A stretch of DNA of 64,000 nucleotides from Candidatus Pacearchaeota archaeon (GCA_049511795.1 JBEKXS010000001.1:58514-122513), one strand, 5' to 3'; shown: positions 1-9,632, counted from the first letter of the stretch. Notes: generated by a model from the sequence alone, not told the origin. Numbers and translations are program-made.

Positions 1-4
1 TAGC

Positions 5-298
5 TTGGGCCAGGTTCTCAAATATGCACCTAACAAGGAAACAGCGATTGAAATGATAAAAGAATATGAAAAATTAATTATCAGGGTTTTGAACAATATG
101 AAGGAAAATATTACAGGAAGATTTGTTTTTACAGGCCCATTTATACAGACGACATCAAAATCAGCTGTAAAGAGAATAGGATGCGATGTAAACAAGATTC
201 TCAGCAACACAAGGCTCAGGCTTGTTTCTGGATTTCCCATTGCAGAATTCAGAGAAAACCAAGCTGTCGGCAGGGAAATTTTTGTTTTAGTTCATTAA
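5..298 (+). CDS. Hypothetical protein, probably the C-terminal fragment of a gene extending upstream of the window (frame opens with TTG at position 5)
   Basis: ORF is open from the window edge. No recognisable motif. Confidence 0.25.
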   Translation: MGQVLKYAPNKETAIEMIKEYEKLIIRVLNNMKENITGRFVFTGPFIQTTSKSAVKRIGCDVNKILSNTRLRLVSGFPIAEFRENQAVGREIFVLVH

Positions 299-344
299 TT
301 TTGCATTAAAAACCTTTAAAAACTATTTTTCTTGATGTTATATA

Positions 345-605
345 ATGACAAACGGAAGAGTTATACAATTCAGAAGAGGAGTAAATACTATTCGGGAAAG
401 GCATTTTATCATAGAACCTGAAGGAGTAAAAGACAGGAAAGAAGCTTCACAGCTTATAGGAAAAATTGTTGAATGGAAATCTCCTGCAGGCAAAATAATC
501 AAGGGAAAAATCACTGCTGCACACGGAACCAAAGGCCTTGTTCGCGTTGTCTTTGAGCGTGGATTGCCGGGCCAGGCATTGATAACAAAGGTGGAGATAA
601 AATAA
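345..605 (+). CDS. rpl35ae: Ribosomal protein L35Ae (eL33)
   Basis: 86-aa basic protein with eL33-like beta-barrel sequence pattern (GKIVEW...GKITAAHG...VRVVF). Followed directly by L10e. Confidence 0.55.
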   Translation: MTNGRVIQFRRGVNTIRERHFIIEPEGVKDRKEASQLIGKIVEWKSPAGKIIKGKITAAHGTKGLVRVVFERGLPGQALITKVEIK

Positions 606-606
606 A

Positions 607-1158
607 ATGGCACTAAGAAAAGCATCTGCATACACACACAAGCACGTTGTTCCTTTCACAAGGACAAGCAGCAAAAAAGGGAAAGCTTACATAAAGACAG
701 TTCCGCCTCAGGCAATTGTCAAATTCTCAATGGGCTCTCAAGGTGATTTCGAATCTGGAAAACTTCCCTTTGTTCTTACAATGATAGCTGAAGAGCATGC
801 GCAGATAAGAAACAATGCTTTGGAAGCTGCAAGGCAGTACATAAACAAGCAGCTTGATACAGACCTTCCAGGACAATATTATTTCAAGGTCGTTCCTTAC
901 CCACATCACATTCAGAGGGAAAACAAAATGCTTACAGGAGCTGGTGCAGATAGAATGCAGACAGGAATGCAGCTTTCATTCGGGAAATCTGTAGGAAAAG
1001 CAGCAATTGTAAGGCCAAATGATCCAATTTTTATGATTGCAATTCCAAATGAAAAAGCAACTGTAACTGTAAGAGAAATATTTAGGATAGTCAAGCCAAA
1101 GCTTCCCTGCAAGACAAAGATACTTTCTGAAATAAAACAAGCGCCTCCTCAAATCTAA
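607..1158 (+). CDS. rpl10e: Ribosomal protein L10e (uL16)
   Basis: 183 aa. N-terminal basic region and a GMQLSFGK...AAIVRPNDPIFMI segment resembling the uL16 MRGAFGK core. Start overlaps the upstream stop (translational coupling). Confidence 0.55.
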   Translation: MALRKASAYTHKHVVPFTRTSSKKGKAYIKTVPPQAIVKFSMGSQGDFESGKLPFVLTMIAEEHAQIRNNALEAARQYINKQLDTDLPGQYYFKVVPYPHHIQRENKMLTGAGADRMQTGMQLSFGKSVGKAAIVRPNDPIFMIAIPNEKATVTVREIFRIVKPKLPCKTKILSEIKQAPPQI

Positions 1159-1212
1159 CTTATTATTAACTATGTAGTAGTTACATCCACAATATTTATA
1201 AATATCAAAATC

Positions 1213-1812
1213 ATGAAAAAATATAATAAAATGGCTAAACAAACAAAACCAGACTTTCAGAAGTACCAGTATGGTGCATTAGCTGGAAGATTCCTGGCAT
1301 CCAAAGAAAGTGGTAGATATGCTCCCGGAGCTTTAGAAGTTCTTGCAGGCGCAAAAGGTCTTGATCTTGGCGAAGAAGCTCTTGGTTTCATAAGAGGAAC
1401 ACAGGCTTCTGAAAAAGGAATTCAAACAGCAGCAGGAATTTATACTGGTAAATTTGAAGAGAAAAGAGGAGAATATACTCCTGCAGAATTAGCTAATTGG
1501 TACGGACCTGTATTAGCTTATGCAAATTTAGAAAAAAAAGATCAGGATAAAATTCTTGCAACATTAAATGAGCATGATGAAACTTTAAATGCAATTAGAG
1601 AAGCTTCTGAAAAAGCAAATTACATTGTAGATGCTCCTGATGGACTTTTCACTGATGAGCAAAAAGATAGGGCAAAGAAACTTGTGGAAAAATATCAAAA
1701 AGTCTTGCTTGTAATAAATGTTCTTGACAACTATAAGTTTGAATCATTAAGAAGCGATGCAGTCACTGTAACAAGCGCAACAGATTTAAAGGGTCTAGCT
1801 TCTAAACTTTAA
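1213..1812 (+). CDS. Hypothetical protein
   Basis: 199-aa ORF with good codon structure and no recognised motif. Confidence 0.4.
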   Translation: MKKYNKMAKQTKPDFQKYQYGALAGRFLASKESGRYAPGALEVLAGAKGLDLGEEALGFIRGTQASEKGIQTAAGIYTGKFEEKRGEYTPAELANWYGPVLAYANLEKKDQDKILATLNEHDETLNAIREASEKANYIVDAPDGLFTDEQKDRAKKLVEKYQKVLLVINVLDNYKFESLRSDAVTVTSATDLKGLASKL

Positions 1813-1855
1813 TTTTATTTTAATTTATATTAATTTGTAAAAAATTATACATTTT

Positions 1856-1895
1856 GGGGCTTATTAAGCATTGATTTTTGTTAATGCTTGCCCAC
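1856..1895. terminator. GC-rich hairpin (GGGC...AAGCATT-loop-AATGCTT...GCCC) flanked by T/A runs, between convergent genes. Putative bidirectional terminator (element E1).
   Basis: Stem halves are reverse complements. T-runs lie on both sides. It sits between the stop of 1213..1812 (+) and the stop of 1913..2764 (-). A near-copy occurs at 16825..16868. Confidence 0.35.
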
Positions 1896-1912
1896 GAAAT
1901 TTTTATATTCAA

Positions 1913-2764
1913 TTATTCAATCAAATCCTTGACAAGTTGTGCCATTACATCCAAGAATTCTTCTGTCCTGTCCTGCCAAGCATCAATTTCAATACCACGA
2001 AGCTCATTAATTTCTCCGTGAGCTATTTTTTTATGAAGAACGAGCAAATCCCTGTACCATATTACATATTTCATGTTAAGCTTTTTTTCATCGACAAATG
2101 TTGTTTTCAAGTCAATTCCAACATGCTCTGGCGAAGCAGGAGGAACATTTGCGGCTATGAGTGCAGCATGAGCTGAATCAACCATCGCCCAATACAATCC
2201 TTCTATTGAGTTTAATACAGAAACTTTGCTTCTCATTATATGCATCGGAGCTCTCTGTAGTGCACTATATATTGCTTCTGGAGTTGATTTTATTTTTCCT
2301 TTTAATAAAAGACTTTTTAATGGGTCAAAAAATCCAGCCATATCAATCATTGCCTCTCCATAACGGAGAACATTAAGTACAACAGGATCTCCGCGCATCA
2401 AATCTTCCCACCATGTGCTTAGCTTGACAGTATTTATGTGCAAAGCCATTTGGTAAGGATTTGCCTTTATTATTTTTTCAAGCTCTTCCCTGTACCATGC
2501 AATTAATTCTTCATCCCAGTTTATTGCAACATCATCAAGAAGAATTATTATGTCAATATCAGACCCTGTCACAGCTGTCTGTTTTGCAGTTGAGCCAAAA
2601 AGAACAACTGACTTTATCAGCTTGTCAAATCTCTGGTAAGCTTTTGTTGCAAAATCCATTGCAATGTCACTTTCTTTTTTAAGCTGTAATGTAGGAATAT
2701 TTTTTGGAATCTTCGGAATTTTTAATTTAGAATTTGCTTTCTTCACAACTCTTTTTTTTGCCAT
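1913..2764 (-). CDS. Nucleotidyltransferase (minimal Pol-beta/MNT fold) with C-terminal helical domain
   Basis: VLFGSTAKQTAVTGSDIDIIILLDD matches the GS-x9-13-DxD nucleotidyltransferase signature. Confidence 0.5.
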   Translation of the reverse strand: MAKKRVVKKANSKLKIPKIPKNIPTLQLKKESDIAMDFATKAYQRFDKLIKSVVLFGSTAKQTAVTGSDIDIIILLDDVAINWDEELIAWYREELEKIIKANPYQMALHINTVKLSTWWEDLMRGDPVVLNVLRYGEAMIDMAGFFDPLKSLLLKGKIKSTPEAIYSALQRAPMHIMRSKVSVLNSIEGLYWAMVDSAHAALIAANVPPASPEHVGIDLKTTFVDEKKLNMKYVIWYRDLLVLHKKIAHGEINELRGIEIDAWQDRTEEFLDVMAQLVKDLIE

Positions 2765-2814
2765 TTTATATGCTACAATATATATTATCCAATATAGTTT
2801 TTAAATTTACTCAA

Positions 2815-4620
2815 TTACTCCATCGGTCTTCCAGACATTCTGCTTCCTTGAGCTCCAGGAGATTGTCCGCCAAGTTCTGAAGGAAGTCTTGAAAATCCTG
2901 AACCAAAAGTTTCATAATTTATCTGAGGAAGCCAATTTCCTGCAAGCCCTCCCTGATATCCTTGGTATAATCCAGATGCCTGAGACCAATAAGGCGCCAT
3001 TTTCATACTGTAAATAGGAGAACCTAAAGATTCAAGATTTTCTTGGAAAGGAGGTGTTCCGAAATGCTTCCACCAATGCCCCGCTTCAATGATTTTTCTT
3101 GCATCATATCCTTTTTCTCCAAGCTTTTCCATAATTTGTTTGAAGGGAACATTTCCCATTCCCATTGGGAGCTCTGTGTGCTCCATTCCAAAATTATCAG
3201 AAAGATGAATTTGTTTTAATACGGGAGCGACTTTTTGAGATTCTTTAACTATATCTTCTTCTGTATAACCATATCTTCTGAGAATATTTATATGTCCCAC
3301 ATCCCATGTCGCACCAATTAGTTTGTTTGCCTGTTTTCTTGCTTCATCTTCTGTCATACCAGATTTTTTGGCATTGTCTATGAAAACATCTCTTGTTTTC
3401 TCAACAACAGCTCTTACATCTTCTCCTTTGCTTAATGCATGTGTTGCAGGAGGATTTTCTATTACAAGAACAGGAGATGTATCTTTGTATTTGGAGTATG
3501 CTTGCCAAGCAGCGTTTCCAAAAGTTTCTGCAGTTTTTTTAATCTGAAATTCTTCTAAAGGAACCCATAATTTAGGAGATTTTTCTTCCAAAACTTCTGT
3601 CATTTGTCTTAATGCTTCTGAATATACTTTTGGATTAAGGTATCTATTCGGATTTATTTTGCCATCTTCCATTATCCCAACAGTTTTTCCATAATCCTCT
3701 GAAGCTTTTTTTAATTCGTCCATCCTTTTTTGGTCACCATCCATTTTTGCAAGCTCATATGCTTTGCTAAAAAGAGAATCAGCTGATATTCTTGCCTGGT
3801 CTATAAATTCAAATGCCGAATGTATTTTGCCAATTTCTGCCCTTTCTTCTTTTGAGAATTCGTTTGGATTAACTGCTCCTGCCTTAAGCTGTGTGAATTG
3901 TTGTATAAACATTGGGTGCACATCATGCATAATTCTTTCTGCGTTTTCCCTGTTAACTTCAACCTGAAAGAGCGAATTCTTCCATTCTGTATTGTTTGCG
4001 CTATCAAGGCGCATTTCAGGAGTTTTGGTAAATTCCTTTATTTCTGATCTACCTGGATGAAACTCCTTTTCTGCTTCCAAAGCTGTAATTCTTCCTGACT
4101 CTCTATTTATTGCCATAAGCTTCTGATATTCTTCATTTTCTTTTCTTTTAGCAGGTGGAAGAAGTTCTGAACCCTGTATCCCCTCTGATGTATGAAAATT
4201 TACAAAAATATTTCCTTGTGGATTCAAATCATGAGACCTTAACAAAGCTTCTGCAACTTTTCTTTCTGCAACCTCCCTCTCTGATTCACTAAATCCTGAG
4301 CGAGGGTCAATGCCTGCAACATCTATTACAGGTCCATGCATGGAAACATTAACTCCGGTCAGTTTTGCCATTCTATTAACTTCTCTTAAATGAGGCTGGG
4401 GCATAGAATCAAAAACTTCCGGAATAACAGCGGTTACGTCGACATTTCTTGCACCAGAGGAAATAGTTGTATTAATACTTTGCAAGATATTTGCAGTATC
4501 TGGTTTTGTCGTCATGCCAAGGCTTCCTGCCCTAGAATAAACATTGTCAGGAGGAACCATTGTAGAATAACCTCCCTGATAAATATCTGATATTGTATAA
4601 CCTCTTTTTTCCTCTGCCAT
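2815..4620 (-). CDS. Xylose-isomerase-like TIM-barrel protein (AP endonuclease family 2 / sugar-phosphate isomerase superfamily) with a large internal coiled-coil insertion and a G/Q-rich C-terminal tail
   Basis: Motifs VNVSMHGP, LVIENPPA (like EndoIV ENTAG), WDVGHINIL (like CxDTCH) and IHLSDNFG..HTELPMGMG (like HLNDS...H) occur in the canonical order. Confidence 0.35.
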   Translation of the reverse strand: MAEEKRGYTISDIYQGGYSTMVPPDNVYSRAGSLGMTTKPDTANILQSINTTISSGARNVDVTAVIPEVFDSMPQPHLREVNRMAKLTGVNVSMHGPVIDVAGIDPRSGFSESEREVAERKVAEALLRSHDLNPQGNIFVNFHTSEGIQGSELLPPAKRKENEEYQKLMAINRESGRITALEAEKEFHPGRSEIKEFTKTPEMRLDSANNTEWKNSLFQVEVNRENAERIMHDVHPMFIQQFTQLKAGAVNPNEFSKEERAEIGKIHSAFEFIDQARISADSLFSKAYELAKMDGDQKRMDELKKASEDYGKTVGIMEDGKINPNRYLNPKVYSEALRQMTEVLEEKSPKLWVPLEEFQIKKTAETFGNAAWQAYSKYKDTSPVLVIENPPATHALSKGEDVRAVVEKTRDVFIDNAKKSGMTEDEARKQANKLIGATWDVGHINILRRYGYTEEDIVKESQKVAPVLKQIHLSDNFGMEHTELPMGMGNVPFKQIMEKLGEKGYDARKIIEAGHWWKHFGTPPFQENLESLGSPIYSMKMAPYWSQASGLYQGYQGGLAGNWLPQINYETFGSGFSRLPSELGGQSPGAQGSRMSGRPME

Positions 4621-4678
4621 TTTCTAAATATTATGGTTAATATGTTTTAAATAGTTTTTTAGACGGGGAATTGAAATA

Positions 4679-5320
4679 CTACCTCCCTGATTGAAGTTTT
4701 TTTGGATTATACTTTTGGTATTTTATCTCTTCCTTGTCTTTGTTAGTTCCTGCTATGGAAGTATCAAAGCGCCTCATTCTTTCTGTTCTTTCCAATGAGC
4801 CCGAATTAAAACCAAAATCCTCTCTTGCAGAGAATCTTTCAGCAGCATCCCATGTCGTACCTATCTCCCTTCTTTCTCTACCTAATCTTGAGGTGTCAAC
4901 ATTTTCTATATCTGTTTCTACATGTGTTGACCCTGTATATGTTGCTTCTCCCGACTGATTTGTTGATGGCATATATTTTCCTTCTTCCGTATTTTCTTCT
5001 CCAGAAATTGCATTCGTTGTCTGCGGAATCCCTCCAACAAAAATAGGTCTTGGGGCAGACAAAGCCATTCTTTCAAGAGCAACAGAGCCTTTTTCATCTT
5101 GTTCACTAGGAAGTTTCATAAACTGATTAAATTCAAGATTTTTCAGGTCAAGATTTGTCATGTCAGACTCTTCTGTTTCTAGACCTTCTTCTAATTTCAA
5201 GCCTTCCAAATTTAGGTCAAAATCTTCTATTTTATCGCCTAACTTAATCTTATCGCGCTTACTATTATTAGCATTTTTCTTGTCAACTTTCTTGTTTTTT
5301 GGCATGAATATTCTAGACAT
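4679..5320 (-). CDS. Acidic low-complexity hypothetical protein
   Basis: 213 aa, rich in E/D/N/T. Co-oriented between 2815..4620 and 5344..6810. Confidence 0.3.
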   Translation of the reverse strand: MSRIFMPKNKKVDKKNANNSKRDKIKLGDKIEDFDLNLEGLKLEEGLETEESDMTNLDLKNLEFNQFMKLPSEQDEKGSVALERMALSAPRPIFVGGIPQTTNAISGEENTEEGKYMPSTNQSGEATYTGSTHVETDIENVDTSRLGRERREIGTTWDAAERFSAREDFGFNSGSLERTERMRRFDTSIAGTNKDKEEIKYQKYNPKKLQSGR

Positions 5321-5343
5321 AAGAAATATATAAAATTAGCTGA

Positions 5344-6810
5344 TTAAGTATAGCTTGGCATGCCGTGGGCTTTTTTGTAGACATCAAAAATTCTGAAATC
5401 TAGCTCTTTTGCTTTTTCCTCTGCAAGTGGCCTTAAAACATTTGCTTCTGCATATGATTCTTTTTCAGGCCACCAGGTTTCTTTTTTTTCTGGTCCTTCT
5501 TTTTTGCTTTCCTCTTTTCCTGATTTTTTGTTATATCCCCCAACAAGAGCCACGAAAGGATTTGATGTGTCTTTATTTTGTTCTTCTTGTAGCTCATCTT
5601 TGTCTTCCATGAAGAATTTTATTTCATCCTGAATTGCATCTAAACTTTGTCCTGTGGAGCCCTCGATAAGCTTCATGACATCATCAACATCTGAATTTTC
5701 AACTTCTTCCTTAAACTTTGCAAGTTCGTCGCTGTTTAATACGTAAGATTTGAATGTAACATCTGCGCGACCACCAAAAGCGTAATGAGACTGCTGAGCA
5801 ATCCTTTGTGGAATTCCTCTGAACTTGAATTCAACAAGAGTGCAGGCATAAAACTCTCTTTTCAATTTCTTTTTTTCAAATTCTTTAGGAAGATTTCCAG
5901 CAACAGCTTCTTCATCTGCCTTAATTTGTTGCTTTCCGAAAAGAGTGAGCTGAAGCATTATTGTATTAAATGTCTTGACAAGGGCAGGTTCTTTGTCCAT
6001 GTCTTTCATTTCAAGCTGGGCAGCTGCTTTCAAATATGGCTTTGCCCAACGAGCATAAAGTTTCAGTGAATTAACCTGACTTTGTAAGTATGATTTTTCA
6101 AGTTCATATCTTTTTCTTAATTCTTTTTCAGAATTATTCAGCCAATCATTAAATTCTAAGATTCTTGGTCTTAAAATTCTCTTAACTCTGTCATTCAAAT
6201 CAATTTTATCTATATCTTTTACATCTTTTGCAAAAAGGAATGCATCAATAAGTGTCTGAAATCCTGCTTGACCCAAAGCCATTGCCTTTATACTTGAATT
6301 TCCTTTTGTAATATCTACTTTGTCCATCCAAACTTGCTTTAAAGCGAGAATTGCAGCCTCGCGATTTTTTGTTTTTAAATCATCATATTGACTGAGCCTT
6401 ATTCTGAATTCTTTCAAGTCATAGACAAGGTTAAGCATGCTTCGCATAACAGTGTTGACATCTCCAAGAATTTTTGTTCCTTGCTGCTGCATTATTGTTG
6501 CCCTTTGCCCCATTTCTGAAAAATGGCCTGAACCAGGAGAAGATGCAAAATTATCCTCAAGCTTTTCTGTCTGAAGCCTGAAATCATTCATCATGTCAAG
6601 AATGAAGAAATAAATTGGTTCCAAAGTTTCTGATGAAGAATCATAAACAAGCCCATGCTGCGAAAGCGGCTGTTCTTCAACCTTGTCTGCAGGGATATCT
6701 GCAGGAGAACCATATTCTTTCAGAAGCTCTTTTGCGTTTTTAGCATATTTGCCAGGATTTATCTTTCCTATAATCTGCCCGATTGTAGCGACCATATACA
6801 GAATAAACAA
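5344..6810 (-). CDS. Hypothetical protein (488 aa) with extended coiled-coil-like central region
   Basis: Long ORF with good coding structure. First gene of a three-gene minus-strand unit. Confidence 0.4.
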   Translation of the reverse strand: MFILYMVATIGQIIGKINPGKYAKNAKELLKEYGSPADIPADKVEEQPLSQHGLVYDSSSETLEPIYFFILDMMNDFRLQTEKLEDNFASSPGSGHFSEMGQRATIMQQQGTKILGDVNTVMRSMLNLVYDLKEFRIRLSQYDDLKTKNREAAILALKQVWMDKVDITKGNSSIKAMALGQAGFQTLIDAFLFAKDVKDIDKIDLNDRVKRILRPRILEFNDWLNNSEKELRKRYELEKSYLQSQVNSLKLYARWAKPYLKAAAQLEMKDMDKEPALVKTFNTIMLQLTLFGKQQIKADEEAVAGNLPKEFEKKKLKREFYACTLVEFKFRGIPQRIAQQSHYAFGGRADVTFKSYVLNSDELAKFKEEVENSDVDDVMKLIEGSTGQSLDAIQDEIKFFMEDKDELQEEQNKDTSNPFVALVGGYNKKSGKEESKKEGPEKKETWWPEKESYAEANVLRPLAEEKAKELDFRIFDVYKKAHGMPSYT

Positions 6811-6872
6811 CTCTCATTTAAAAAATGTTCTTTGCCTCTAATAACTAAATTTAAAAATAAGTCCAGCCTATA

Positions 6873-7244
6873 GTGATTATGTCGTTTTTAGGTTTTGGAA
6901 AAAAGAAAAAGATTCTTGATTTGACAGAGGGTTACAGTCAAGCAGAGAAAGTAATGCAAGCAAACCAGGCAAAAAGAGATGCTATGACTTCAAGTTCTAC
7001 AGAAAACAGTTTTTCAGGAACAACCCCTTTCTCTGTTTTTGATTCTCCAGGTGCAATGAACTCTAGTTCAGGCTCAGACGATTTTGAAACAGCAGCAACG
7101 CCCGAAGAAAGGAAAAAAAGGCTTGCAAAAAGAATTTTGAACATGACAGAAAGAATCGAGGATTTGTCAAACCAGGTTTATCACTTGCAGCAAAGAGTTG
7201 AAGTTTTGGAAAAGAAGGCAAACATAACAAGCTCTGAGTATTAA
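6873..7244 (+). CDS. Hypothetical protein with Ser-rich centre and C-terminal coiled coil
   Basis: 123 aa. C-terminal heptad-like LSNQVYHLQQRVEVLEKK. Confidence 0.3.
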   Translation: MIMSFLGFGKKKKILDLTEGYSQAEKVMQANQAKRDAMTSSSTENSFSGTTPFSVFDSPGAMNSSSGSDDFETAATPEERKKRLAKRILNMTERIEDLSNQVYHLQQRVEVLEKKANITSSEY

Positions 7245-7275
7245 GATTTATTAATTAAGATTCTTTATCTCAATT

Positions 7276-7896
7276 ATGATATTAAAAACCCAAAGATTAA
7301 TCTTAAGAAAGCCGAAAATTTCTGACTGGAAGGACATTGTTGAAGGGTTAAAGGATGTTAGCGTTGCAGAGGGTTTGGAAGAAATCCCCCATCCATATAA
7401 GAAAAAAGATGCATTAATTTGGATAAAAAAAACGATTGAAAGATGGAAAAAAAAGAAAAAAGAAGTTTATACTTTTATGATAGAACTAAAATCGGAAAAA
7501 AAGATTATTGGTGGTATAGGACTACATAAAGTTGATAAATTTGTAGGAACTGCGGGAACAGGCTCATGGATAAACAAAAAATACTGGAGAAAAGGTTATG
7601 TTACAGAAGCTAAAATTGCTGTGAATGAATTTGCTTTTAACAAGTTAAAATTAAGAAAGCTTTATTCCTATGTTTATACAGATAACAAGGCCTCAAATAG
7701 AACACAGAAGAGTATGGAGTATAAATTTGAAGGCTGCTCAAAAAAAGGGTCAAGAACCAGAGCAACTGGAAAGATAAAAGATGTCAATATATATGGTCTT
7801 TTCAAAGAAGATTGGAAAAGAAATCTTCCAAAACTTAAGAAGAAATTAAATGAAAAAATAAGAAAACTGGAAAAAAATGACAATGAAAGATTTTGA
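7276..7896 (+). CDS. GNAT-family N-acetyltransferase (RimJ/RimL-like)
   Basis: N-terminal RLILRKPKISD, then a GGIGLHKVD and GYVTEA...AFNKLKLRKL acetyl-CoA binding pattern. Confidence 0.5.
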   Translation: MILKTQRLILRKPKISDWKDIVEGLKDVSVAEGLEEIPHPYKKKDALIWIKKTIERWKKKKKEVYTFMIELKSEKKIIGGIGLHKVDKFVGTAGTGSWINKKYWRKGYVTEAKIAVNEFAFNKLKLRKLYSYVYTDNKASNRTQKSMEYKFEGCSKKGSRTRATGKIKDVNIYGLFKEDWKRNLPKLKKKLNEKIRKLEKNDNERF

Positions 7897-9094
7897 CAAA
7901 AAAATAAAGGCATATGCACTGAAAAATGCAATTGCACATGATGGGAAAGCACAGACAGGCAGTGTTATTTCTTCGCTTTTCAACGACGGCTTGAAACCAG
8001 AAGATGTAAAAAAATATGCAAAAGAAATCAATAAGACTATTGAAGAAGTAAATAAATTACCTTTGGATAAGCAAAAAGAGGAATTTGAACAGTTTCAAAA
8101 AGTTGTCAGCCACAGAGAAGGGCGTGAGGGTCTTCCTGAACTTCCTGGAGCTAAAAAAGGAAAAGTAATAATGCGATTTGCTCCATCGCCATCTGGTCCA
8201 TTCCATGTTGGTCATGCTCTTACAGGCAGCTTGTCATATCTTTTTGTGAAGAAATACGGCGGAATATTTTATGTAAGAATTGAAGACACAAATCCTGAGA
8301 ATATTTATCCTCAGGCATATGACATGATAAAAAAGGAATCAAAGTGGCTTTTCCCTGGGAAATTCCTGAAAATAATAATTCAGTCAGACAGAATGAAAAT
8401 TTATTACAATCTGGCGGAAAAATTGATAAAAAAAGATGTTGCATATGTCTGCACATGCTCACAAGAAGAATTCAAGAAATTTGTAGATAATAAAAAAGAA
8501 TGCCCTTGCAGAGGAATCAGCCCCAAAGAAAACATGGAGCGATGGAAGAAAATGCTTGACAAAAAAGGCTACAAAGAAGGTGAAGCTGTTTTAAGATTCA
8601 AATCAGACATGCATGACAAGAACCCTGCAATGCGTGATTTTCCGCTTGCAAGAATAAATTTAGCAGCACATGCAAGGCAGGGAATCAAATATAGGGTTTG
8701 GCCATTGATGAATTTGGCTGTAACTGCAGATGATATTGATTTGAAGATGACTCATATAATAAGGGCAAAAGATCATAGGGACAATGCAGAAAGGCAGAAA
8801 AGAATTTACATTGCGCTTGGATTGAAGGCAAAGGTTCCCTGGACAGGATTTTTGGGAAGAATAAAATTCACAGATTTGGAGCTTTCTGCGACAAAAATGC
8901 GACAGGCAATTGACGCAGGAGAATACAAAGGATGGGATGACCCAAGGCTTCCAACAATTGCATCAATCATGAAGAAAGGGTACAAGCCTTCTGCTTTCTG
9001 GAAGTTTGCAGAGAGAATCGGGCTGTCTGAAAATGACAAAGTGATGGACAAGCATGAATTTTTCAGGCTTTTGGATGATTTTAATCGAGGATAA
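7877..9094 (+). CDS. gltX: Glutamyl-tRNA synthetase-like class I aaRS catalytic core with a ~95-aa N-terminal extension. No C-terminal anticodon-binding domain.
   Basis: RFAPSPSGPFHVGHA HIGH motif and a Glx-RS catalytic-domain pattern. Only 405 aa. The ORF ends where the anticodon-binding domains normally begin. Confidence 0.55.
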   Translation: MTMKDFDKKIKAYALKNAIAHDGKAQTGSVISSLFNDGLKPEDVKKYAKEINKTIEEVNKLPLDKQKEEFEQFQKVVSHREGREGLPELPGAKKGKVIMRFAPSPSGPFHVGHALTGSLSYLFVKKYGGIFYVRIEDTNPENIYPQAYDMIKKESKWLFPGKFLKIIIQSDRMKIYYNLAEKLIKKDVAYVCTCSQEEFKKFVDNKKECPCRGISPKENMERWKKMLDKKGYKEGEAVLRFKSDMHDKNPAMRDFPLARINLAAHARQGIKYRVWPLMNLAVTADDIDLKMTHIIRAKDHRDNAERQKRIYIALGLKAKVPWTGFLGRIKFTDLELSATKMRQAIDAGEYKGWDDPRLPTIASIMKKGYKPSAFWKFAERIGLSENDKVMDKHEFFRLLDDFNRG

Positions 9095-9170
9095 TAACAT
9101 TTTTAAACTAATATTGTTTTACTAAGACAAGTTATTGATATAACTTTAACTTAATCAAAAAGGAGGACAA

Positions 9171-9632
9171 ATGCAAAACACAAAAGGTTTATCGGAAATT
9201 GTGGCTACCTTGATAATAATTCTATTGACACTTGTTGCTGTAGGAATTATTTGGGTTGTCATAAGAGGCGTAGTTACCAACGGAGCTGGTCAGATAAGTG
9301 TCAGTGCTGAATGTACTGCTATTAATTTGAATGCTGTTTCTGTTCAGGAAACACCTGCAGGATCAGGAATTTATTCAGTTATATTGCATAGAGCAGCTGG
9401 TGGCGGAAATCTTAGTGGTATAAAGGTTAGCGTTCTTAATGCTAACGGTTCAAGTAGTGGGCCAATGGATTTTGGGTCACTTCCAGAGTTAGGTCAAAAT
9501 ACTATGTCACTTAATACTGCAAGCTTAGGATCTAATGTAACGCATGGAAACTCAATAGAGTTTACACCATTCTTTACTGATCCATCAGGAAATCAACAGC
9601 TCTGCTCACAAACACAGACATTCCAATTTTAA
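9171..9632 (+). CDS. Archaeal type IV pilin-like protein (class III signal peptide)
   Basis: N-terminus MQNTKG|LSEIVATLIIILLTLVAVG has a prepilin-peptidase-type KG/L cleavage site plus a hydrophobic helix. Strong AAAGGAGG RBS upstream. Confidence 0.5.
   Translation: MQNTKGLSEIVATLIIILLTLVAVGIIWVVIRGVVTNGAGQISVSAECTAINLNAVSVQETPAGSGIYSVILHRAAGGGNLSGIKVSVLNANGSSSGPMDFGSLPELGQNTMSLNTASLGSNVTHGNSIEFTPFFTDPSGNQQLCSQTQTFQF

Noticed and set aside
1871-2176. 101-aa plus-strand ORF
   Set aside because: Lies antisense within the well-supported nucleotidyltransferase gene and starts inside the E1 hairpin. Low-complexity translation. Spurious.
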